DNA of 23,803 nucleotides from an uncultured bacterium (GTDB lineage Bacteria > GCA-001730085). A program made the translations under genes and the position numbers. Below are positions 16,993 through 23,803 of the stretch, piece by piece (the stretch's first letter is position 1; each line of letters opens with the position of its first letter). The DNA lies in the NCBI GenBank assembly GCA_964565945.1, contig CAZMGY010000009.1:1-23803 (forward strand), read 5' to 3'. The notes under the pieces are model-generated. The model saw nothing but the letters and a program-made list of their open reading frames with translations. It ran no database searches and was not told the DNA's origin.

Positions 16993-18945
16993 GTGCTTCG
17001 TCTCGAAAAAAGAACACCACAACTCACAACAGAAGATCAACAAACCTTAGAAACAATGTGGCAAGAGTGCACAAGCGATATTCTACATTGCACGTCTTTA
17101 GCGGCTTGCGGACATCCAGGGGGCTCAATGTCTTCACTCAATCTACTTCTAATGACTTATGCGTTCAGTAATATTTCGCCCGAAAATGTTTTATCGGACA
17201 ATAGAGACCGGGTTATTGTGAGTCATGGTCACATTAGCCCCGCCGTCTATGCCGTTTTGAGCCAATATGGTTTTTTCGATCGCGAAGAGATGATTCTCAA
17301 TTTTCGCAAAACAGGATCTAAGTTTTCTGGTCATATCGAAGATGGCGTCCCAGGAGTGGAATGGAACACAGGGAACCTTGGTCAAGGCATTTCGGCCGCA
17401 TGCGGTCTCGCTTTAGCTCAAAAGAAAAAAAATATCGCTAAATCGGTCTATGTTTTTATGGGAGACGGTGAGCAACAAAAAGGCCAAATTGCCGAAGCCT
17501 GCCGTTTTGCAATCAAGTACAAACTCAACAACCTTGTGGCTATCATTGACGTTAACCGCATGCAAATTGGGGGTGCCACATCCGATATTATGGATCAGGA
17601 TTTAGCAGCTCTTTACAAAGCTCTTCAATGGAATGTGCTTGAAGTGCGGGATGGTCACGACAATCAAACCATCCTCGAAGCCTTGCAACAAGCTCAACAA
17701 CATCACATCGATAACCCTGAAGCCCCCACCGTGATTTTGGCTCACACCATAATGGGCAAAGGTGTTTCTTTCATGAGTGATATCTACGACTTTCACGGCA
17801 AATCCTGCTCGATCGAAGAACACGCTCAGGCAATGGAAGAATTAGGGCTTCCTAACAAACTTAAAGAGTTCCAAGATAAAAAAGCCAAACTAGCTTATAA
17901 ATCTTCGGTGGCAGCCCTAGCTCAAAAACCTACTGTTAATATTAACCTTGGACAGCCCATTGTTTATAATGTGGACGCATTCACCGACAATCGTTCGGCT
18001 TATGGTGCAGCTTTGAATGACCTTGCCAAGCTTAACAACTCCGAGAAAGAAACAACCAAAATCGTTGGGTTTTCTTGCGACCTCGAAGGCTCCGTCAAAA
18101 TGTCGCCCTTTCGCAAAACGTCGCCTGACTACTTCTTCGAAGGAGGTATTCAAGAACATAACACAGCGGTTGTGGCAGGCGCTATGTCAAAAGAAGATTT
18201 TCAAGTGTTCTTTTCAACATTTGGGGTGTTTGGCGTCGATGAAGTTTATAACCAACAACGTCTCAATGGATTTAACCACACCAATATTAAAACCGTATGC
18301 ACGCACTTAGGCTTAAGCGTTGGAGAAGACGGTCCCACGCATCAAAGCATTGACTATGTCGGACTCTTACGTAATGTTTTTGGCTATCAAATTCTTATTT
18401 CAGCCGATCCTAACCAAACAGATCACATGGTCCGTTATGCCGCAAGCATCTATGGAAATGTTTTCATCGGCATGGGGCGGGCCAAAACACCCGTGATTGC
18501 CAACCAAGATAATCAGCCTTATTTCGGCTCAGATTACCAGTTTGAAATTGGCAAAGCCGATTTACTCAAAGAAGGCAATCAAGCAACTCTTATCACCTAT
18601 GGTCCTCTATTGGCCTACACTCTGGAGGCTGCTAAAAAACTAGAAAAAACTCATAACTGTCTGGTAAGTGTACTTAATATGGGATCGCTAGCCCCCTGTG
18701 ACGAAGCAGCTATTATCTCTGCCGCCAAAGACACAGGACATATCATCACTATCGAGGATCATCATGTCGATACAGGTCTCGGCAGCATTGTGGCAAGTGT
18801 ACTCACTCACCATCAGCTGGCCCCTCGCTTTAAAGCACTTGGTATTGATCGATTCAGTTATTCAGGACAACCTTCTGAACTCTACAAAGAACATGGCCTC
18901 GACACAGACAATATTGTCGCAACCGTCCTAGAATTAAGGAAGTAA
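16993..18945 (+). CDS. tkt: Transketolase (single polypeptide; the N-terminal half resembles the short TktN/TktC-type enzymes)
   Basis: GHPGGSMS, RDRVIVSHGHISPAVYA, GNLGQGISAACGLA and the ThDP-binding GDGEQQKGQ..E......L.NL..I.D.N motif. It also has the pyrimidine-binding and C-terminal domains (EGGIQEHN, THLGLSVGEDGPTHQ). The GTG start has AAGGAAGGA about 8 nt upstream. Confidence 0.85.
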   Translation: MLRLEKRTPQLTTEDQQTLETMWQECTSDILHCTSLAACGHPGGSMSSLNLLLMTYAFSNISPENVLSDNRDRVIVSHGHISPAVYAVLSQYGFFDREEMILNFRKTGSKFSGHIEDGVPGVEWNTGNLGQGISAACGLALAQKKKNIAKSVYVFMGDGEQQKGQIAEACRFAIKYKLNNLVAIIDVNRMQIGGATSDIMDQDLAALYKALQWNVLEVRDGHDNQTILEALQQAQQHHIDNPEAPTVILAHTIMGKGVSFMSDIYDFHGKSCSIEEHAQAMEELGLPNKLKEFQDKKAKLAYKSSVAALAQKPTVNINLGQPIVYNVDAFTDNRSAYGAALNDLAKLNNSEKETTKIVGFSCDLEGSVKMSPFRKTSPDYFFEGGIQEHNTAVVAGAMSKEDFQVFFSTFGVFGVDEVYNQQRLNGFNHTNIKTVCTHLGLSVGEDGPTHQSIDYVGLLRNVFGYQILISADPNQTDHMVRYAASIYGNVFIGMGRAKTPVIANQDNQPYFGSDYQFEIGKADLLKEGNQATLITYGPLLAYTLEAAKKLEKTHNCLVSVLNMGSLAPCDEAAIISAAKDTGHIITIEDHHVDTGLGSIVASVLTHHQLAPRFKALGIDRFSYSGQPSELYKEHGLDTDNIVATVLELRK

Positions 18946-20124
18946 ATCTTCAATAGCAGCTTTGAGTTGCGCATCGTCAATTTGGTTCATCGACATTTGA
19001 ATCATATCTCCGTCAGAACGTTTGATCTGTCTTAAATCAATACGAAAAACTTGCTCCATCTCTGGTGTGGATACAGCCAAATCGGGAATAATTCCCTGAC
19101 CTTCCACCAAATCGCCTAAAGGCAAAACATAACGATGGGTCGTAAAACGAACAGCTCCTCCTTGAGGCAAAGGAATAAGGGTCTGAATCGATCCCTTTCC
19201 AAAACTTTTTTGCCCAATCACAGTCGCACGTTGATAATCCTGAAAGGCTCCAGCAACCACCTCAGCCGCACTGGCACTTCCTTCGTTAATCAAAACACAT
19301 AAAGGCAATTGAACTGCAAGTGAATCCGCGCTCACACGATACTTTTTTTCCGAGGAACGATCACGTCCTTTGACGCGAACCACAACTTTATTTTTTTTCA
19401 AAAACAAGGAGACAACTTTAACCGCCTCTGTCAAGAGGCCTCCTGGATTGTTTCTTAAATCCAGAATAAATCCCGAAATATTGCGCGCCATTAAACGCTG
19501 CAACTGATCCCGAACATCCTCAAAAACACCTTCTTTGAAGCGGGTAATTTTCAAATAACCGATATGTCCTTCAATAAGGCATTCATCGCGAACAGGGCGA
19601 GTTTTAATTAATCCACGATAAAGTAAAAAGTCAATTTCGTGTCCATCACGCAAAAACGTAAGCTTAACAGGCGTTCCTGGCAAACCTCGAATCATGCGCA
19701 CAGCTGTATCAATGGGAAACCCCAAAACAGAAACCCCATTCACGCGAATCAAACGGTCTCCAGCTTTAATGCCCGACAACTCCGCAGGAGACCCAAACAA
19801 AGGAGTTACCACCACATGAAATTGATCTCGCGTAACAAGATCAACCCCAACCCCTGCAAACACACCTTTTTGTTCTTTCAAAAGATCTTGATACTCTTGT
19901 TCCGTCATATATTCACTGTAAGGATCAAGAGTCGAAAAAAGTCCTTGCAAGGCCGCCTGAGATAAATCCTCTATCAAAACAGGATCCACGTAGGTTTGAT
20001 CCAGTAAGTGCATAACCCTCTGCACTGTATCGATATTGACTTGATCGTTTGAATTTGCACACAACAAAGGGCTAAACCCTAACCCCCAAAGCCCATAGAT
20101 TATGAACCTAGCAACTTTGTCCAT
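18934..20124 (-). CDS. ctp: S41 family carboxy-terminal processing protease (Ctp/Tsp) with a PDZ domain
   Basis: An N-terminal signal-like segment, a PDZ segment (GSPAELSGIKAGDRLIRVNGVSV), LDLRNNPGGLL, the catalytic Ser context GSASAAEVVAGA and the Lys context GKGSIQT. The start overlaps the upstream radical SAM gene by 25 nt. Confidence 0.88.
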   Translation of the reverse strand: MDKVARFIIYGLWGLGFSPLLCANSNDQVNIDTVQRVMHLLDQTYVDPVLIEDLSQAALQGLFSTLDPYSEYMTEQEYQDLLKEQKGVFAGVGVDLVTRDQFHVVVTPLFGSPAELSGIKAGDRLIRVNGVSVLGFPIDTAVRMIRGLPGTPVKLTFLRDGHEIDFLLYRGLIKTRPVRDECLIEGHIGYLKITRFKEGVFEDVRDQLQRLMARNISGFILDLRNNPGGLLTEAVKVVSLFLKKNKVVVRVKGRDRSSEKKYRVSADSLAVQLPLCVLINEGSASAAEVVAGAFQDYQRATVIGQKSFGKGSIQTLIPLPQGGAVRFTTHRYVLPLGDLVEGQGIIPDLAVSTPEMEQVFRIDLRQIKRSDGDMIQMSMNQIDDAQLKAAIEDLLP

Positions 20125-21143
20125 GTTTCAGGAAACTCCATACTTAAGGAAATCGGTTTCTGATATATTGCGAATCGATCCCGAACTAAGCGATACATTT
20201 GCTCACGTAAGGGTTTATAGTAACGGTATTTCCCATCTCTAGCCACCACAAATTCACTCGTAAATAAATCTGTTTTAGGAAACTTAGTTTGAATATCTTG
20301 ATCCATCCCCTTCATATAACGGAAGGACCCTACAAACAACCGCTGCACACGCGTAACATCCAACTGCTCGGCCACATAATCCACCATTTCGGTGTAACCT
20401 TCTTTCCAACCTGGGTAGTGAATCATCGGATCGACAATAATTCCTATCGAAAACCCGGCCTCTTGGCAGCGCCGTAAAGCCGCAACACGCTCCTCTAGAG
20501 AAGATGTTTTTAACTCGTATTTACGAATCACATCACGAGGGCTCAAAGTCCAGGTTAAATATATATGTTCCAAAGGTTCAATTTGATCCAAAAAATCAAC
20601 GTAACGGCTCTTGCTTCGCAACTCCATAGAAATATACGGACGTGTTTTTAAAAATGAGTACAAATGTTGACTAAATCCAGTAATCGGTTCAAAAAGCAAG
20701 CTATCACTCAGCTCTCCAGTGCTGATAAACAAGTTCTCTTTGTCTCGAGTTAAATCGTCAAGTTCTCGAAACAAATCTTCAATGTTAACCGCAATACGCA
20801 CCAAGGATTCATTTTTCAAATACGAATGCAAATAACAATAGACACATGCAAAATGACACCCTGTTACATGATCTAAGCAATACGCCTCTTCAAAACTCGT
20901 GCAATCTTGGCCAAATGTTTTTTTGCGAATAAAGGCACCCTTATTAACATGCAAATAAACATGCTTGTATTTTTTTTTACTATTTAGAACACGTGCAGCC
21001 TCTCCATCATTCTCAACCACCACATACTCTGGTTGATACACATCTAGACGATTCAACATCTCTTGAGTATAAGCGTAGGGTTCCGCCTCTTTTTGTATCA
21101 ACACCAAAGTAGGCCTAAACTCAGATCCACTCAAAGAAGTCAT
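20100..21143 (-). CDS. Spore photoproduct lyase (SplB)-family radical SAM protein
   Basis: CX3CX2C (C96-H-F-A-C100-V-Y-C103-Y-L) sits at nearly the same distance from the N-terminus as in the recalled B. subtilis SplB (C91/C95/C98). The length is similar (347 aa vs about 340) and the similarity is collinear (LVLIQKEAEPY.. vs LVYIEPRALEY..; GWKEGY vs GWEEGY; GKYRYYK vs GKYIYQK). An AAGGA RBS lies 8 nt upstream of the ATG, inside the preceding gene. Confidence 0.75.
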   Translation of the reverse strand: MTSLSGSEFRPTLVLIQKEAEPYAYTQEMLNRLDVYQPEYVVVENDGEAARVLNSKKKYKHVYLHVNKGAFIRKKTFGQDCTSFEEAYCLDHVTGCHFACVYCYLHSYLKNESLVRIAVNIEDLFRELDDLTRDKENLFISTGELSDSLLFEPITGFSQHLYSFLKTRPYISMELRSKSRYVDFLDQIEPLEHIYLTWTLSPRDVIRKYELKTSSLEERVAALRRCQEAGFSIGIIVDPMIHYPGWKEGYTEMVDYVAEQLDVTRVQRLFVGSFRYMKGMDQDIQTKFPKTDLFTSEFVVARDGKYRYYKPLREQMYRLVRDRFAIYQKPISLSMEFPETWTKLLGS

Positions 21144-22050
21144 TTAACAGATCCTTATGTTCATCAATCCATACTAGCAACTCATCCAATTGATCCACAC
21201 TGTAGGCCTTGAGTTGTAATATCAAATGATCACCTTCCAAATCTTTAGGCAACTGAATCGCAAGATCCTTGGGAGCTTTCAAATTCAGGTAAAGTTGCCT
21301 TATTTTTTCTTCGGCCTCATAACGAATGGGAAAGCGTCGCTTCCACAATTCCTCAAAAATATGCCGATATCGCACCCGTTCATGAAAATTTTGACTCAAA
21401 ATCGAATCAACACCTAACTGTTGCCATAGTTGTTCCAAAGACAGCACTTCTCTTTGGCAAATATGGTCCACGTATTGCATCCAAATTTTTAACTCGTTAT
21501 GATTCATTTTAAGTCCAAGCATCAATCGCACCCACGCATCGCGATGCAGGTTATCGTGCAAATCCACATACAAAAGTTGCTCAACCTTAAGGGTCCTCTT
21601 AAAAACCTCTTCGAAAATCCATTGTTCCGCTTGACTTAAAAAATCGGCGTACTCTTTGTCCTTGTCACCCAAATAAGACGTGGCATACGCATCCCATAAA
21701 TCATCTTTCACATTCCTTAAACTCAGGGATGAACCACATTTTTGACGAAATAAATGTGCCCAATCCCAAAAAGACATCGAAAAAGCATTCAAATGGAGAG
21801 ATTTTTTTAAATCAACAAATTCGTTAACTTTAGACCCAATAGAAACAATATCTATCTGCTTTAGATTTAATTTTTGAGCATTTATCAGCCGTTGTTTTCC
21901 GTCAATTACATAGTACTGATCCAGATCACTCACCACCCAAATGGGCGGTCCCCAAGCCACATTCGGAACAGAACCATCTTGCGGGCAGTGAACTTCTGGT
22001 AAGTAATCCGAAAAAACTTTGTTTATTGAAACTTGTTCAATATATTGCAT
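21121..22050 (-). CDS. Uncharacterised protein with an N-terminal ParB/Srx-fold-like domain (DGKQRL motif) and an unassigned helical C-terminal region of about 230 aa
   Basis: Residues about 30-75 (PPIWVVSDLDQYYVIDGKQRLINAQKLNLKQIDIV) fit the ParB N-terminal/Srx pattern (P-hydrophobic strand, y.v.DG.xR..A...l....i.v). They also resemble the DGQQR/DGQHR signature of DUF262/DndB-type relatives. I recognise nothing in the rest of the protein. It overlaps the SPL-family gene by 23 nt. Confidence 0.5.
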   Translation of the reverse strand: MQYIEQVSINKVFSDYLPEVHCPQDGSVPNVAWGPPIWVVSDLDQYYVIDGKQRLINAQKLNLKQIDIVSIGSKVNEFVDLKKSLHLNAFSMSFWDWAHLFRQKCGSSLSLRNVKDDLWDAYATSYLGDKDKEYADFLSQAEQWIFEEVFKRTLKVEQLLYVDLHDNLHRDAWVRLMLGLKMNHNELKIWMQYVDHICQREVLSLEQLWQQLGVDSILSQNFHERVRYRHIFEELWKRRFPIRYEAEEKIRQLYLNLKAPKDLAIQLPKDLEGDHLILQLKAYSVDQLDELLVWIDEHKDLLNDFFEWI

Positions 22051-22058
22051 AGGACATC

Positions 22059-22087
22059 ATTGTAATCTTCTCGCATTGTTTATGCAA
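22059..22087 (-). promoter_or_regulatory. Putative promoter of the ParB-like / SPL-like / ctp unit, positioned for a leaderless or near-leaderless transcript
   Basis: On the minus strand: TTGCAT (22087-22082), a 17-nt spacer, then TACAAT (22064-22059). Only 8 nt separate the -10 from the ATG at 22050, and there is no SD in that interval. An in-frame TGA just upstream excludes an earlier start. Confidence 0.35.
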
Positions 22088-22289
22088 GTTTTTTTCCTTC
22101 ATTTTTAGACACGAGCCCTCGACAAAGAATAGTCTCAAATTATTTTGAAAAACATTAGAAAGCATTAAATTGCCCAAATACGTTAACACAATCTTCATAA
22201 TTCACACATATGCACTTAATTTTTAAAGGGTACTATAACAGTCTATATGAGAGCATCTATCTAAACAGTAAATATACGATTAGAAAACA

Positions 22290-23803
22290 ATGAAAAAAAC
22301 ACTTTTATGGAATCTTATCATACTACTGTTCGCAACAGACACATGTTGGGGACTTGCGGCTCCTTCTAGCTTCCACTTAAGCCGACCCAAATCATCCTCA
22401 TCAGAGGCATCCGCATTATTTTTTAGTTCCCCTCAATTTTCAGAAATTAGCATTGAAGAGATTGAAAATCTCAAAGAAGGTTTAATCTTCGAAGAAAACA
22501 ATACAGAAGCAGCAAAACCTTACAAACTCATCAAAAAAGATGACAAAGAACTTCCTTCAGAAAAGTTTCGTTTTGGAAAAACAGATGCGGCTCTTTTTCT
22601 CCCCTCAACAAGCATGAAAAATAAGCCTTTTCGCGCAAAGTTAAAAATCTTTGGGTCCAGGTTTCAATATTATGCGGGCTACTTCATCAGCACATTTGTG
22701 TTTGACCTCTTGATTATCTTGGTCCTTATCTTATTCACCACAACTAGTGGAGCCCTCCCCGTCAATGCTCCCATTGCCTTCGCAATCTTGTTCGTCATTC
22801 GCATCTTCTTTCCTGGTTTAGACTCTGCAATCACTGAAAATACAAAAATAAACCTCAAAGGTCGCATTAGCAAGACTATCGAAGAACAAAACAAAAAGTA
22901 TCTTTGTTCTCAATTTGGCTTACAACGAAAATTCTTAGAAGACCTTCTTAAACGCAAAGCCATTGATAAAAATAGCGCCCAAGCCATCAATAGATTTCTC
23001 AAGCACATTGAGAACCATGGAAATAATCATATCCCAACGAACGAAGCCCAAACATTGCAGTTGGTGCTGGATTGGCAACAAAAAAACAACTTGTCGCTCA
23101 ACCAAACCCTTATTTTGCTCAACATTCTAAACCAGCTCTTATTTTCAGGCCGGGACATGCACGAATACTACAAAACCCACTCATCCTATAGCATTAGGAA
23201 GCTTCTCAACAGCCCTACTACAACAAGCAAAGGCCTCTCTATGTTAGAGCGCTATATCCTCATCAACACCTATGCCATAAGTAGTGTTGAAACCAAAAGA
23301 GATCGCGAACAATTTGTAACATTTTTGCTTGAACACCACAGTCTTAAAGCCGATATCAGCAATGTTATGGAACTGTACTATCGTTCTGGTCTTGAAAAAA
23401 TCTTTCAGTACTACATTGTTTCTAGCTACGAAATAGGGCAGTTCAGCTTTTACATACAAGAAGTTTTCGAAGACGATGGTCGTATATCAGCCCTACGGTC
23501 TTTCTTAGACATGCTTTCAAATATTCGTCCTTGGCCACGCGAACTTCGTAAAAGAATCATTCATCATGCCAAAGAAACAACCAAACTACCCCCAGTTTGG
23601 CTAGCTCATCTCTATGCAGAAAATGGAGCCCCAACACAAGAACTTCTTAAAATTTACAAAAGCTGCAAGCATTGGGCCAAAGACCAAAACCACTCCATCT
23701 GGAATACCAAAAAACTCGTTGTCGACGTTATCGCCTCTCATCAACCTATGGGCGAATCTTACAATGCAGAGATATTAGAATATTTATTTGACGAAGTATA
23801 TGA
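22290..23803 (+). CDS. Large orphan membrane/secreted protein, 5' partial (over 504 codons, open to the window end): signal-peptide-like N-terminus plus a bilobed hydrophobic hairpin
   Basis: Not in the supplied track because there is no stop in the window. The frame from the ATG at 22290 stays open to 23803. The N-terminus is MKKTLLWNLIILLFATDTCWGLAAP. Residues 127-176 (YYAGYFISTFVFDLLIILVLILFTTTSGALPVNAPIAFAILFVIRIFFPG) form two hydrophobic lobes separated by a short loop. The remainder is helical-looking with no motif I recognise, and no SD is visible. The tracked minus-strand ORFs 22679-22894 and 23244-23459 are its antisense shadows. Confidence 0.65.
   Translation, partial: MKKTLLWNLIILLFATDTCWGLAAPSSFHLSRPKSSSSEASALFFSSPQFSEISIEEIENLKEGLIFEENNTEAAKPYKLIKKDDKELPSEKFRFGKTDAALFLPSTSMKNKPFRAKLKIFGSRFQYYAGYFISTFVFDLLIILVLILFTTTSGALPVNAPIAFAILFVIRIFFPGLDSAITENTKINLKGRISKTIEEQNKKYLCSQFGLQRKFLEDLLKRKAIDKNSAQAINRFLKHIENHGNNHIPTNEAQTLQLVLDWQQKNNLSLNQTLILLNILNQLLFSGRDMHEYYKTHSSYSIRKLLNSPTTTSKGLSMLERYILINTYAISSVETKRDREQFVTFLLEHHSLKADISNVMELYYRSGLEKIFQYYIVSSYEIGQFSFYIQEVFEDDGRISALRSFLDMLSNIRPWPRELRKRIIHHAKETTKLPPVWLAHLYAENGAPTQELLKIYKSCKHWAKDQNHSIWNTKKLVVDVIASHQPMGESYNAEILEYLFDEVY

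Noticed and set aside
1-23803. A search for CRISPR arrays, tRNA, rRNA or tmRNA genes, transposase or integrase genes, and long inverted or direct repeats
   Set aside because: I could find none by eye. Every intergenic gap is 239 bp or shorter and looks like promoter or UTR sequence. A covariance-model scan (Infernal/Rfam, tRNAscan-SE) would be needed to exclude small RNAs in 12006-12185 and 22051-22289.

Overview
This is a compact, moderately AT-rich (by eye) bacterial chromosomal window. An LptD homolog shows the organism is diderm. No rRNA, tRNA, CRISPR array or transposase is recognisable.

Most of the window is housekeeping:
- cmoA-cmoB
- an RND/MMPL-type exporter
- a long minus-strand block: nucleotide-sugar dehydrogenase, folD, family-4 UDG, priA, rbfA-truB-ribF
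- lptD, transketolase and an S41 C-terminal processing protease

Four regions are not ordinary:
1. 20100-22050: a tightly overlapping gene pair. One gene encodes an uncharacterised 309-aa protein with a ParB/Srx-like N-terminus (DGKQRL motif). The other encodes a spore-photoproduct-lyase-family radical SAM enzyme. This pairing, in a non-sporulating-type diderm context, is the best candidate for an undescribed DNA repair or modification module.
2. 22290 to the window end: an orphan ORF of more than 504 aa with a signal-peptide-like N-terminus and a bilobed hydrophobic hairpin. It is absent from the supplied ORF track because it runs off the edge.
3. 1-785: decayed remnants of a type I secretion system (a TolC-like fragment and an HlyB-like transmembrane-domain fragment).
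4. 1272-1442: an untracked 56-codon Cys-rich membrane ORF, translationally coupled to a cupin gene.

Several sigma70-like promoters can be read by eye. All family assignments come from by-eye motif recognition and recalled reference sequences. No database search was possible, and the taxon cannot be determined from this window.
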